The notes under the pieces: generated by a model
The model's input: the letters and a program-made list of their open reading frames with translations, nothing else
What the model was told of the DNA's origin: nothing
Databases searched by the model: none
NCBI GenBank assembly: GCA_963758915.1
Contig: CAVWXH010000009.1
Span: 192,001-256,000 of the forward strand
Reading direction: 5' to 3'
Source: an uncultured Methanomicrobiales archaeon
Lineage (GTDB): Archaea > Halobacteriota > Methanomicrobia > Methanomicrobiales > Methanospirillaceae
DNA length: 64,000 bases
Made by a program: the position numbers and the translations under genes
Shown: positions 21,537 to 32,041 of the stretch, in pieces
Position numbering within the stretch: the stretch's first letter is position 1
Layout: each line of letters opens with the position of its first letter

Positions 21537-23341
21537 CTGGTTTAGGCGAGAAAAAACGGCAGGCATTCCAGCTTTTTGAAGACGGGGACTATGATGGGTC
21601 CTATACCACCTGCATGACAATCCTGGGCGGGAGCCAGGAACCACAGGTTGAGGTACTGGCCGCCACCAACCTTTTCTATCTCGGACGCCTCGAAGAGGCG
21701 GAACTACATTTTCGTGACCTTGCAAGGAAAATGCCGGATTCTTCACACGTTCACGGGTTCCTCGGGAAGGTCCTGCGTGAAAAAGGAGATGAAGGGGCTG
21801 TTGCCGAATTTTCCGCTGCTGTGCGTCTGGACCCGGATAACCAGGACGCGCTCCGGAATTACACAAAATGCCTCGTTGATGGCAGGGATTACCGCAGGTC
21901 GCTTCCTGCACAACGACGCCTTGCAGAGCACTCCCGCAGGGAAGACGATTGCAGGGACCTGATTGCTACACTTATTGCCGTGGGAGAGGGTGTTGAAGCG
22001 CTGGACCAGTACCAGAGGTTCCCCTCCCTGAAAGCGAACGCTGACCCGCTCTATATCGATGCCCTCATTGCTGCAGGAGAGTTTGCAAAGGCAGGGGATG
22101 CCGCATCTGCTGAGTTTGAACGCTCGGGAAACAGGGAATTTCTTCGGAAATATCTTGGGGTCCTGTCACGCTGCAATGTCGCACTTGCCCTTTCAGGATA
22201 CCGGGACGCCTGCATGATGGAGGCGGACCATGGTATTGCGAAGGACTATATCAACCTCCTTATTTCAGTCCGCGATAATGATGAGGCACTCAGGATGTGC
22301 AGGGCACTGGTAACGAATGATAAGGATACGGACAGTTCAATACGACTTATTGAATGCAGGCTGCTCGCCGGACTTGGGTTGAAAGAAGAGGCAAGATCAA
22401 CCTACGAAGAACTGATCCGTTCGGGCATCGGGAGTGCAGGGAGTGACGCGTTGCTCCGTGATGCACTCCCGCTCTACCGCGAGTTCCTCCTGACATATTA
22501 CCCGAAAAGTGAGACCATTAAGATATTTACATCGGTCGTATCTCCAGGCGCCAACCCGGTATGCCTGTATGAGACAGGAAATCTCTACGAACAACTGGGG
22601 GATGGTACCGAGGCGCGGGGGTGGTACTACCGGGCATACCGGAGTGATTTCCTTACCGGAGGTCTCGAATATGCAGCGTTCCTGGCCCGCCATAAGGAGT
22701 GGAGGGAGTGCGAAAAAGTGATGCTGTATATCCTTTCCAACATTAAACGGAGCCAGGACATCATCAGGGTAGCACAGGTAACCACAGGAGGTAATCTGAT
22801 TCACCATACCCCGAGGCTCCTGTTCAGGCTTATCGAACGGCTTGAAGAGCGGCGGGACAAGTTACCTGCAGACGGGCTCGAGTTCCTGGCTGTTGCATAC
22901 CTTGTTGCAGGGACAAATGCAATAGGTGAAGGCAATTATTCGGCATGCAAACGCTACTGCCTCCAGGGACTTGATATCCTGCCCGCATATTCAACCTGCA
23001 TTGCAACGGCTGATTTTGTTGCCGTCCTCGGACGCTGCAAGGAGCGGGCGATAGTCGACCTGCCGGTAATGGATGATGCAGAAGGAGCGGCAGGAATTTC
23101 CGTGAGGGAATCGCCACAGGTCAGGATTAGTGGTCTGGAGCCGCAGGAGGAAAAAATCCTCGAGTTCCTGAAATTACACCGCAAGGCCAGCGAAACTGAC
23201 CTTCGAAAACTCCTCGGGACCCGCCGGGTAACGGGGATAATGAACAGGCTGATTGCTAAAAGTGTTGCACAGGGTGTGCGGCACGTTGCAAAAAGAGGAA
23301 GTGGAGAGCAGGGGGAGATCTATGAGTATACGGGAGGGTGA
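21533..23341 (+). CDS. Tetratricopeptide-repeat protein with C-terminal wHTH-like domain
   Basis: TPR-like helices (LGRLEEAE...PDSSHVHGFLGKVL..AVRLDPDNQDA); C-terminal KILEFLKLHRKASETDLRKLLG. Confidence 0.75.
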   Translation: MTGLGEKKRQAFQLFEDGDYDGSYTTCMTILGGSQEPQVEVLAATNLFYLGRLEEAELHFRDLARKMPDSSHVHGFLGKVLREKGDEGAVAEFSAAVRLDPDNQDALRNYTKCLVDGRDYRRSLPAQRRLAEHSRREDDCRDLIATLIAVGEGVEALDQYQRFPSLKANADPLYIDALIAAGEFAKAGDAASAEFERSGNREFLRKYLGVLSRCNVALALSGYRDACMMEADHGIAKDYINLLISVRDNDEALRMCRALVTNDKDTDSSIRLIECRLLAGLGLKEEARSTYEELIRSGIGSAGSDALLRDALPLYREFLLTYYPKSETIKIFTSVVSPGANPVCLYETGNLYEQLGDGTEARGWYYRAYRSDFLTGGLEYAAFLARHKEWRECEKVMLYILSNIKRSQDIIRVAQVTTGGNLIHHTPRLLFRLIERLEERRDKLPADGLEFLAVAYLVAGTNAIGEGNYSACKRYCLQGLDILPAYSTCIATADFVAVLGRCKERAIVDLPVMDDAEGAAGISVRESPQVRISGLEPQEEKILEFLKLHRKASETDLRKLLGTRRVTGIMNRLIAKSVAQGVRHVAKRGSGEQGEIYEYTGG

Positions 23342-23345
23342 TCGG

Positions 23346-24623
23346 ATGGATGAACAGAAACTGGAGAGCCTGAATATCATCAACGCCCTGCGACGCGGGA
23401 CCGTGCCTGCCAGCGGACTTGAACGGATTGCGGTCGGTCTCGACGTGGAAGAGGATGTCATCGCCACGCAGCTGGATTATGTCTCTTCCGGTGGGGGTGA
23501 CCTCAAGTTTATCAGGGGCGATTATGGGAGCGGGAAGACGTTTCTCGTCGCACGGTCACTTGAGATTGCACGTGAAAAAGGATTTGCCACGGCCCATGTT
23601 ATTATCTCTCCCTCTTCCCCCCTCCATAAGCTGAAAGGGATTTACCAGCAGATATGCGGGACCCTGCGGACGAAGGAAGACGAACACGCGTTGAAGACAG
23701 TCATCGACAACTGGCTCTATGCTATCGAGGAGCGAATAATCCAGGTCACCGGGGAAGGAATAGATGAGCAGGGGCTTGAAACAGCGACCGAACGGGAGAT
23801 AGAGTCCGCCCTTGCCGGGATAAGCGAGATGAACTCGTCACTTGCGGCAGCACTCAGGACGTATTACCGGGCGAATAATACCGGTGACTTCCAGCTTGCG
23901 CAGTCTGCGATAGGCTGGCTTTCCGCCGAGCCAAACATCGGCCGCGATTTCAAACAAAAGGCAGCGATAAAAGGGGATATTGACGAGACCGTGGCATTTG
24001 TATTCCTGAAAGGGATTGTAAAGATTATTATCGGGTCTGGATGCCGGGGCCTGGCCGTCGCAATTGATGAAGCAGAGATTACGCAGTCCTCCCCGCGTGC
24101 GACCCGGGAAAAAGGGTATTCCCTGATACGACAGGTGGTTGATTCCCTTGACGGGGGCGAAATGCCCCACTGTTATTTCCTGGTCACCGGAACACCCTCG
24201 CTCTTTGAAGGACCACGCGGATTCCGCTCACTTCCTGCCCTTTTTGACAGGATCAATGTTGTCCAGACCGATAAATTCAGGAACCCGAGGCAACCGCAGA
24301 TCATTCTCTCGCGGTTCAATACAACCAAGCTCGAAAAAGTTGCCCTGAAGGTCTGTGACATCTATTCTGTTGCCTACAAAGAGGTCGACCGGGAGCGGAT
24401 CTCGCACCGGTTTATCAGGGCGATGATCAGCAAGGTGACGGGAAAATTCGGTGGGAGGGTGGATATCATCCCGAGGATTTTCTTAAAGGAATTCGTGGAC
24501 GTTCTCGATAAATGTGAGCTCTACGAAGATTATGACCCGTGGGCTGCCTATGAATTTGACACGGCCCGGTTAAAAGGCGAACTCCGTGAAGAGGAAGAAG
24601 CGGTCATGACGATTGAGTTCTGA
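23346..24623 (+). CDS. BrxD-like / DUF2791 P-loop ATPase
   Basis: IINALRRGTVPASGLERIAVG, Walker A GDYGSGKT, Walker B AIDEAE, GTPSLFEG.RG, PRIFLKEFVDVLD. Confidence 0.85.
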   Translation: MDEQKLESLNIINALRRGTVPASGLERIAVGLDVEEDVIATQLDYVSSGGGDLKFIRGDYGSGKTFLVARSLEIAREKGFATAHVIISPSSPLHKLKGIYQQICGTLRTKEDEHALKTVIDNWLYAIEERIIQVTGEGIDEQGLETATEREIESALAGISEMNSSLAAALRTYYRANNTGDFQLAQSAIGWLSAEPNIGRDFKQKAAIKGDIDETVAFVFLKGIVKIIIGSGCRGLAVAIDEAEITQSSPRATREKGYSLIRQVVDSLDGGEMPHCYFLVTGTPSLFEGPRGFRSLPALFDRINVVQTDKFRNPRQPQIILSRFNTTKLEKVALKVCDIYSVAYKEVDRERISHRFIRAMISKVTGKFGGRVDIIPRIFLKEFVDVLDKCELYEDYDPWAAYEFDTARLKGELREEEEAVMTIEF

Positions 24624-24872
24624 AATCACTAACCGGGGTTGACCGGCATAATATCACCCCGAAGAACAACCTGCCGGAATACCTTTTTTTATTACAATTG
24701 GACAGGCAAACGTAACCATACGAAAAGATTATCGATGCATACCCTTTGGGTAGAGTGCGACACCTGTGCTGGTATGTCTCCCGGTTATCATGGATCGTTG
24801 GATACAACTCCCGTTTTTTTCGGTGAAGAACAATTTATATTAAACAATAATACGTGATAGATAAGATTATTA

Positions 24873-26948
24873 ATGGACCTACGGGCGAAAACACTCATTA
24901 TTTTTGGTGTCGGATTATTGCTTATCCTTGCCGGGTTTACTTTGTATTCCACCTATGTCCTGCAAAAAAGCTACACAGATATTGAACATGCGGAAGTCCG
25001 GCAGGATATTGAACAGGTCAAATTTGCAATCGACAATGAATTATCCACACTTGATTCCACGCTGCTGGACTGGTCCTCCTGGGATGATACCTATTATTTT
25101 GCACAAGGAAACAACTCTGATTACATAGAAGAAAATCTTCCAAAAGAAACATTCCAGACGCTGGACCTCGATTTTCTCCTGATGTTCAGCCGGTCTGGTA
25201 ACCTGATCTATGCCAAAGCGTATGATCAGAATACCGGTGATCTTGAACCGGTCTCTCCTTTCTTGCTCAATAAAATAATTGAGAACTATCCTCTTTTTGG
25301 TTTTGAGTCTCCTGACAGGAGTTCATCTGTACAGGGTATTTTCTTTGCTGATAACCAGCCAAGGTTTGTGGCGGTCCGTCCAATCCTGAAAAACAATGGG
25401 GATGGACCCGCCGAAGGAATCCTGGTAATGGGCCGCAATTTTGATGAAGGCCGGATGGATAAGATGTCAAAATCCACCGGTGTTTCCGTAACTTTGATTG
25501 ATTCAGCCACCCTGTCACAAACCCCGTCAACAGGTCCCATTCGGGACCAGTTTACTACAGAAAATTTCAGGGTAAATTACCCGGACAATTCGGATATAAT
25601 CGAGGGTTACACGCAGTTGAAGCAACTCAGTGTCACCCCTGGCAATTATATTCTGGCGGTGAAAGAACCCCGGGTTATCTACCAGAGCGGGATTTCGACG
25701 ATCTATTCATTCCTGTTCATTGTCCTCCTCGCTGCACTGATCTTTGGAATCCTTGGCTTAATGTTAATCGATCGATTAGTCTTGTCAAGGGTCAGTACCA
25801 TCACGACCGATGTCCAAAAGATTGGATCTGATAAAGAAATCACCAGGATCACCGAAATTGCGGGAGATGATGAATTAACCCAGTTGTCGAGGGCCATTAA
25901 CCAGATGCTCGAAAAGATTTCGCTTGCCCGGTTACGCTACCAGAGTATTGTTGAGGACCAGACCGAACTGATCTGCAGATTCAACCCGGACGGCCGCATC
26001 ACATTCATGAATTCCGCGTTTAAACGTATTATGCCGGGTTTTTGGGAAGATCTGGATACGGTCACGTTTTACGACCTCAATTCACCTTACATCTCCAGGG
26101 AGCGAATGGAAAAAAATTTAAAGACCCTCACACCGCACTCACCAATCGGTGAAGGAGAGCAGGAATTCGCGCTTGAAAGGGGTTACCTTTCAATCTCCTG
26201 GACAATCAGGGCAATTTTCGACTCGGAGGAGATAGTACAGGAATACCAGTTCGTAGGGAGTGATATTACCATGAGAAAACAGGCGGAAACTGCATTACAG
26301 CAGGTTACCAGAAAACTGACGCTATTGAACCAGGTCACGTTTAATGACATCCATAATGCAGTCTTTACACTCAACGGGTACCTCGCGCTCGAAAAAATCC
26401 TTCCTGATGGCGAAATGGTCAACAATTACCATGATATGGAGGTGGAATCTGTCAGGAAGATTGAGAATTCACTGAACTTTGCAAAAAATTACCAGGATCT
26501 GGGCCTGAAACCCCCCGAGTGGCAGAATGTTCACCAGGTATTCGTTATGGGCATTTCGCACCTGGATTTTTCATCCATGCAGCGCATCATTCATCTTGAT
26601 AACCTGGAGATTTATGCAGATTCACTCCTTGAACGGGTTTTTTTCACGCTGGCCGGAAATGTTCTCCGCCATGCAAAAAATGCCACTGAGGTTACCCTTG
26701 GGTATCAGTTTACCGTGGACGGCCTCATGCTGTTTTTCGAGGACAACGGAAAGGGAATACCTGATGCCAATAAGGAAAAGATATTTGAACGGGGATACGG
26801 TGCCCAGCAGGGGATGGAATTGTTCCTGGTACGGGAAATCCTCGGCATTACAGGCATCAAAATACGGGAAACGGGAAAACATGGGTTCGGCGCACGCTTC
26901 GAGATGAATGTACCAAAAACGGCATACCGGTTTACGGATAACAGATAA
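24873..26948 (+). CDS. CHASE4-HAMP-PAS sensor histidine kinase-like protein
   Basis: TM, DWSSWDDTY (CHASE4), TM, GDDELTQLSRAINQML (HAMP), EDQTELICRF (PAS), GNVLRHA/EDNGKGIP/IFERGYG (HATPase). Confidence 0.88.
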   Translation: MDLRAKTLIIFGVGLLLILAGFTLYSTYVLQKSYTDIEHAEVRQDIEQVKFAIDNELSTLDSTLLDWSSWDDTYYFAQGNNSDYIEENLPKETFQTLDLDFLLMFSRSGNLIYAKAYDQNTGDLEPVSPFLLNKIIENYPLFGFESPDRSSSVQGIFFADNQPRFVAVRPILKNNGDGPAEGILVMGRNFDEGRMDKMSKSTGVSVTLIDSATLSQTPSTGPIRDQFTTENFRVNYPDNSDIIEGYTQLKQLSVTPGNYILAVKEPRVIYQSGISTIYSFLFIVLLAALIFGILGLMLIDRLVLSRVSTITTDVQKIGSDKEITRITEIAGDDELTQLSRAINQMLEKISLARLRYQSIVEDQTELICRFNPDGRITFMNSAFKRIMPGFWEDLDTVTFYDLNSPYISRERMEKNLKTLTPHSPIGEGEQEFALERGYLSISWTIRAIFDSEEIVQEYQFVGSDITMRKQAETALQQVTRKLTLLNQVTFNDIHNAVFTLNGYLALEKILPDGEMVNNYHDMEVESVRKIENSLNFAKNYQDLGLKPPEWQNVHQVFVMGISHLDFSSMQRIIHLDNLEIYADSLLERVFFTLAGNVLRHAKNATEVTLGYQFTVDGLMLFFEDNGKGIPDANKEKIFERGYGAQQGMELFLVREILGITGIKIRETGKHGFGARFEMNVPKTAYRFTDNR

Positions 26949-27037
26949 CCCCCGGGGTAGATCTCTTCAGATTTCTGCATCGGAAGTTCGCGGTAAATAA
27001 TTTCTTTAAGGAAAGATCCTTTATTCTAAAAAATTGG

Positions 27038-27377
27038 CTCTGTAGAAACACACATGAATGGGATGTTCACACCCAAACCATGAAAATGCCCTCTAAAATC
27101 TCCTTATATTGGTGTTCGTTCAGCCATTTTCATATGAAATCCTTCGGATATAAAAAAGGTAACAGAACTGCATAGACAGGAGGGGGGGTTTCACCCCCTC
27201 CCTGCCCCACCCCCATTAAAGTATTCTTTGGGCAGGGTTTTCATAAATTTCAATAATCCAGGTCATTTGTGACTGGCCCCTATCCCAACAGGGGTCGCTA
27301 CCGCGGCGGGGCGGAGCCCCGGGAGCATGACAAAATACTGGATAAACCTAAAACTCCGTAAATGGATTTGAGAGAGG
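27038..27377 (-). repeat. Dispersed intergenic repeat / MITE-like element, copy 4 (inverted; core 27174-27327)
   Basis: Reverse complement reads CCTCTCTCAAATCC...GCTCCCGGGGCTCCGCCCCGCCGCGGTAGCGACCCCTGTTGGGATAG...CCCTGCCCAAAGAATAC...GGGGGTGAAACCCCC...TTTCTACAGAG. Confidence 0.75.
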
Positions 27378-27468
27378 TTCAACATCAGCTAAATAATGGG
27401 AAATAATAGAAAAAAATTTGTCCCGGTCTATTACCAGGGACGGGGAAAAAATAATTGTTGGCCGGTAC

Positions 27469-28107
27469 TTATGTCCCGGATTTCATCGTTCCATTCGTTT
27501 TCACAGCACTTGTATTGGCCGTCTGGTTAACTGCCGGAGCAGGAGGTATCAGGACCGCATCGATGACATGGATAACACCGTTATCGGTCTTGATATCAGT
27601 CGTAACAATCTTGGCATTGTTAATGAATACTCCTTCCTTGGTCACATTAACGGTGAGGTTCTGACCCTCGAGGGTCTTGATGGTCTTCATCTTGACAACG
27701 TCATCTGCTACGTACATCCCTGATACCACGTGATATTTCAGGACATCAGTCAGCTGGCTCTTCGGGTCCAGCAGTAATTTTTCCACAGTCCCGTTAGGCA
27801 GTTTTTTGAATGCTGCATCGCTTGGTGCAAAAACGGTAAACGGTCCCTGACCGCTTAATGCGCTGTCAAGATTGGCGGCCTTGAGAGCTGTGACAAGCGT
27901 CGTGAAATTACCATTTGCTACTGCAGTGCTCACAATGGTCTTCATCGGGGGTGTTGTTGTCTGTGCTGCAATGGTAGTCGGTACCGGGGTCGCAATTGTT
28001 GTAGCCTGAGTCGTTGCCGGTGGAGTTGTTGTTGGTGTCGTACATCCGGCGATTAATACACCTGCCAGACAGAAACATATGAATAATAATAGCATCTCTT
28101 TTCTCAT
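27469..28107 (-). CDS. Fasciclin (FAS1) domain secreted/lipoprotein-like protein
   Basis: Signal with AGC, Thr/Pro linker, [32 protein letters not shown]. Confidence 0.92.
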   Translation of the reverse strand: MRKEMLLLFICFCLAGVLIAGCTTPTTTPPATTQATTIATPVPTTIAAQTTTPPMKTIVSTAVANGNFTTLVTALKAANLDSALSGQGPFTVFAPSDAAFKKLPNGTVEKLLLDPKSQLTDVLKYHVVSGMYVADDVVKMKTIKTLEGQNLTVNVTKEGVFINNAKIVTTDIKTDNGVIHVIDAVLIPPAPAVNQTANTSAVKTNGTMKSGT

Positions 28108-28281
28108 TTTTTCCAGCTCATGCCCGTAATATGGGTAAAATACTAATAATTAACAAAATATTTATATTTTCTTAAATATCAGTGGGATCGTCTTTCATAA
28201 AGTGAAATAAACGTATTTTCATTCCTGTGAATAATCCATGAACTGTTCTGCTCAAAAGGTCTTATATGCAAATTTGTCGGT

Positions 28282-28313
28282 CCTGTGGAAACACATGAGA
28301 ATGATTTGAGAGG
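28282..28313 (-). repeat. Minimal relic made of only the two termini of the dispersed element
   Basis: CCTGTGGAAACACATGA (B end) directly followed by GATTTGAGAGG (reverse complement of A end). Confidence 0.45.
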
Positions 28314-28369
28314 TTTCCAACACAGCCGAAAAATTGCAGGGATTTGTTGTTATATTATGAGTTTTGCCG

Positions 28370-29624
28370 TTAAGGGCGTCTACGACGGACCCGTACCGAT
28401 TCCGAGTGGGCAAAGAGCCCTTCAGCGTCTGCGATGGTCTCAACAGCATCCCCGATCAGTTCAATCCCTTCACGGTCGATGATCTGGACGGTCGAGGTCT
28501 TGGTGAAATGCCGGACATCGAGTCCTGAATAGGTCCTGGCATACCCTGCTGTCGGGAGGACATGGTTTGTACCCGATGCAAAGTCCCCGCATGCGACTGC
28601 GGCATTCGGCCCGACAAAAATAGAGCCGGCATGCCTGATCCTTGAAAGGACATGCATGCTGTCAGCAGTCTGGACAGACAGGTGTTCCGGGGCAAGGTAA
28701 TTTACCGCATCGATGGCGTCATCCATGCAGTCAGCAATATAATAGCCCGAATTTTTCAGTGCTTTTTCGATTATCGTCCTGCGGGATGCCGTTTTCATCA
28801 TGGTTTCAACAATTGCCCCTGTCTTTTTCGCGATGCTTTCATCGGTGGTGATCAGGACACAGGCCGCATGGGGGTCATGTTCGGCCTGTGCAAGGATATC
28901 AGCCGCGATGAACTCCGGATCTGCTGTTCCGTCGGCAATAATTGCGATTTCGCTCGGGCCCGCGGGAAAATCTATCTCGGCATGTTCTCTTAAGAGGACT
29001 TTTGCGGCGGTGACATAGACATTTCCCGGGCCAACAATTTTCTGGACAGGTTCAATGGTCTCGGTCCCGAGCGCCATCGCGGCGATTGCCTGGGCCCCGC
29101 CGACCTGGTAGACTTCATCTACCCCGGCGATATCGAGGGCGATTAACGTGGCAGGGTGGACAGGTGGCGGGGAGCAGCAACAGACTGAGGGGACTCCGGC
29201 GACCCTGGCAGGCACGGTACACATCAGTGCGGTTGAGGGGTAGGCCGCCCTTCCGCCAGGCACGTAAGCCCCGATCCGGTCAAGTGCCGTGGTCTTCACC
29301 CCGAGCGTGATACCTGGGGAGACCTGCCTGAGCCAGATGTCCTCAGGCCGTGACATCTCGTGAAAAGATGAAATACGTGCCTCTGCTTCGATGAGGCTCT
29401 CAACAAGCCGGGTTTCGACTTTTTCGTATGCCTCTTCCCGCTCCTCATCGCTGACCAGGAGGTCTGAAAGCACGGATGTTATCGAATTTCTCCGTGAGGT
29501 CGAAAAGGGCCTTGTCCCCGCCTTCCCTGACCATGCGGATAATTTCTTCAACCGGTCCTTTCACCCCGGATATCCCCGATCTCCGCTGTTCCACCCATGT
29601 TTCGATATCGACAGCCTGCCACAT
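28370..29624 (-). CDS. hisD: Histidinol dehydrogenase paralog (+1 frameshift near 29474; sequencing error or pseudogene)
   Basis: ATG 29624 gives [17 protein letters not shown]...TEKFDNI, then one extra base before [11 protein letters not shown]...; [23 protein letters not shown]. Confidence 0.85.
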
Positions 29625-29794
29625 GTGAGGAGTGGTTCGATGAGAACCAATGTTAAGGTATCGACGGGGTGCACCTCCTAAAATTCCATCGGTTTCTGAT
29701 TATTCGTATTTCCTGGTTCCGGAGATTTTTTTCGGTGAAATCCCTGCCCTGTCCCGAAAATTTAACAACGATTTCTGCGAAAGCTATTCCTACC

Positions 29795-31039
29795 ATGTGG
29801 AAGGAAGTCAGGGTAGATACCTGGATCAATAACCGGACATCGAGCCTCGAGGGCGTCCGTGAGAATGTTACCGATATCATCGGACGGGTCCGGAAAGACG
29901 GGGATGCGGCACTCAGGGCGATGTCCCGGCATGTCGTCCTCGAAGAAGTCGCCGTATCTGAAAAAGAGATTGCTGCGGCATACGATACGGTCGACGGGAA
30001 GGTAGTTGAGAGCCTTGTGAAGGCAGAGGAACGGATCCGGAGGTTCCACGAACTCCAGCGTCCACGAAATCTCTGGCTCGACACGATCGAACCGGGGATT
30101 GTCCTTGGCGTAAAAACGACACCCCTGAACAGGGTCGGCATTTATGTGCCCGGGGGGCGTGCGGCTTACCCGTCAACGGCCCTTATGTGTGCAGTCCCGG
30201 CCAGGGTAGCAGGCGTCCGCGAGATCTGCGCCTGCTCGCCGCCACCGATCAAACCGCTCACGCTGGTCGCCCTTGATATTGCAGGGGTTACTGAAATCTA
30301 CAATGCAGGTGGGGCCCAGGCAATTGCAGCAATGGCATTAGGAACGGAAACGGTAAAACCCGTCCAGAAAATTGTCGGACCAGGGAACGTGTACGTTACC
30401 ATGGCAAAAATGATGCTACGGGACCACGTGGAGATTGACTTCCCCGCCGGCCCGAGCGAGATCGCCGTCATTGCCGATCATACGGCTGACCCTGATTTCA
30501 TCGCGGCTGATATCCTCGCCCAGGCAGAACATGACCCGGATGCGGCCTGCATCCTGATTACGACCGATAAGGCGCTTGCGGAGAAAGTTGGCCTGAAAGT
30601 CGCTGCAATGACAGAAAAAGCACCGAGAAAAGAGATCATTGAGAAAGCGCTCGTCAATTCCGGTTACGTTGTGGTCAGTGACATCGATGAAGCGATTCGC
30701 GTGTCGGACCGGATTGCCCCGGAGCACCTCTCGATACAGACTGCCGATTCACTCTCAATTGTCACCCGCGTGGAAAATGCCGGGGCAATATTTGTCGGGA
30801 AATACTCAGTCGTTGCGAGCGGCGATTATGCCATCGGGACAAACCATGTCCTCCCGACTGCGGGCTACGCGAAACTCTATTCCGGTCTTGATGTAAACCA
30901 TTTCTGTAAGACTGCTTCCGTTGAGATGGTGAGCCCCGAAGGGCTCGAGTCAATCGGTGATATTGTTGAAACGATTGCCGGTGCGGAAGGCCTTTTTGCC
31001 CACGCGGAATCCGTCCGGGTCAGGCGCAGGAAACACTGA
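29795..31039 (+). CDS. hisD: Histidinol dehydrogenase
   Basis: ATG 29795 (MWKEVRVDTW); [44 protein letters not shown]. Confidence 0.93.
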   Translation: MWKEVRVDTWINNRTSSLEGVRENVTDIIGRVRKDGDAALRAMSRHVVLEEVAVSEKEIAAAYDTVDGKVVESLVKAEERIRRFHELQRPRNLWLDTIEPGIVLGVKTTPLNRVGIYVPGGRAAYPSTALMCAVPARVAGVREICACSPPPIKPLTLVALDIAGVTEIYNAGGAQAIAAMALGTETVKPVQKIVGPGNVYVTMAKMMLRDHVEIDFPAGPSEIAVIADHTADPDFIAADILAQAEHDPDAACILITTDKALAEKVGLKVAAMTEKAPRKEIIEKALVNSGYVVVSDIDEAIRVSDRIAPEHLSIQTADSLSIVTRVENAGAIFVGKYSVVASGDYAIGTNHVLPTAGYAKLYSGLDVNHFCKTASVEMVSPEGLESIGDIVETIAGAEGLFAHAESVRVRRRKH

Positions 31040-31177
31040 TTTTCCTATCCAATACTTTTTTTTCGGTGATTCATCAGTTGGAACCACCACAATACATTTT
31101 TGTTCGCTAAATCGGGAGAGAATTGTATCCGGTTTAGGTAATTCTTTTCATTTTGAGAAATTTCAACAGTCCAGGAA

Positions 31178-31228
31178 CTATCCCAATTGGGGGCTGCCGC
31201 AGCGGCGGGGGCAATGCCCCCAAGAGCG
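31178..31228 (-). repeat. Partial (5' half) diverged copy of the structured repeat core
   Basis: Reverse complement CGCTCTTGGGGGCATTGCCCCCGCCGCTGCGGCAGCCCCCAATTGGGATAG aligns with the core 5' half. Confidence 0.6.
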
Positions 31229-31798
31229 TCTTACTTTCCAATTCTAACTACATTTTTTGAATTGGTTATGAGTCAGAAAAAAATTGTGTGCCGTTTGTTG
31301 ACGAATCACCTTTTTTTATAATACACTGCTGACTGTGTATTGTTATTGTTCTGAGGGGTTCAGGCAGAGTTCAGACCCGGTCGGGACTCCGTATTTACGG
31401 TTAAAAACTCCTCTTCATGCCCGTTCCGCAGTTGGACCAATGGACAACCCCCGGATGTGGTACCCCACCAACATTGTGGTTCACGCACTGGAATGCGTTG
31501 GTATCAATGACCCCTTTGAAAAGGGTGTTTAAGGCTGCAACATCAGCGATCCTGGTCGCACGGGTAGGACCGGACGCCTGACATTTGCAGTCCGGACTTT
31601 AATCTGCCATTTATTTTCACTCCTGCCCCTTTTGAGATTTAGAGAGGTTAAGAAGGGGAATTGGAAAACAGGGGGGGGAAATGTAACCCCGGAACAGCGA
31701 ACTAACAGGGAGAAGACCTGATAGCAACCAGGGGAACATATACCACTCCCCCTTCCAATCAAAAATTAGTGAAGAAGAATGATCCGGAAGAGTTCTCC

Positions 31799-32029
31799 TC
31801 ATTTCTTCATCGTTACAAGATAACTGTTATCAGCGGATTGTTCCCATGTCACATCATATCCCTGGCTGATAAATTGTGAACAGGTATTGTCGACCTGCTC
31901 CCGGGTGGCAAAAAATTTTAGTTCTCCTCCGTTTGCAAGTTTTTTCAACAGTATTTTGAGTTTAATCATCAGGTTTGTACAGGTAAGATCGGTAAAATCG
32001 CTGGGTTTTGTCGTATCCATCCTAATCAC
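31799..32029 (-). CDS. TusA/SirA (YedF/YeeD)-like sulfur-carrier protein
   Basis: ~75 aa, DFTDLTCTNL (Cys at the CPxP position), final gene of the YedE-DsrE cluster. Confidence 0.65.
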   Translation of the reverse strand: MIRMDTTKPSDFTDLTCTNLMIKLKILLKKLANGGELKFFATREQVDNTCSQFISQGYDVTWEQSADNSYLVTMKK

Positions 32030-32041
32030 ATCCTCCGGTTT

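Noticed and set aside
21533-24623. Complete BREX system
   Set aside because: No pglZ, pglX, brxC or helicase in the window.
24604-24857. Short ORFs after the ATPase as a helicase remnant
   Set aside because: No helicase motifs recognisable.
10066-31228. Repeat family as a CRISPR array or tRNA
   Set aside because: Copies are kilobases apart with no repeat-spacer periodicity, no cas genes and no cloverleaf/T-loop signature.
31240-31800. Short ORFs or ncRNA between hisD and tusA
   Set aside because: No recognisable motif or convincing structure by eye.
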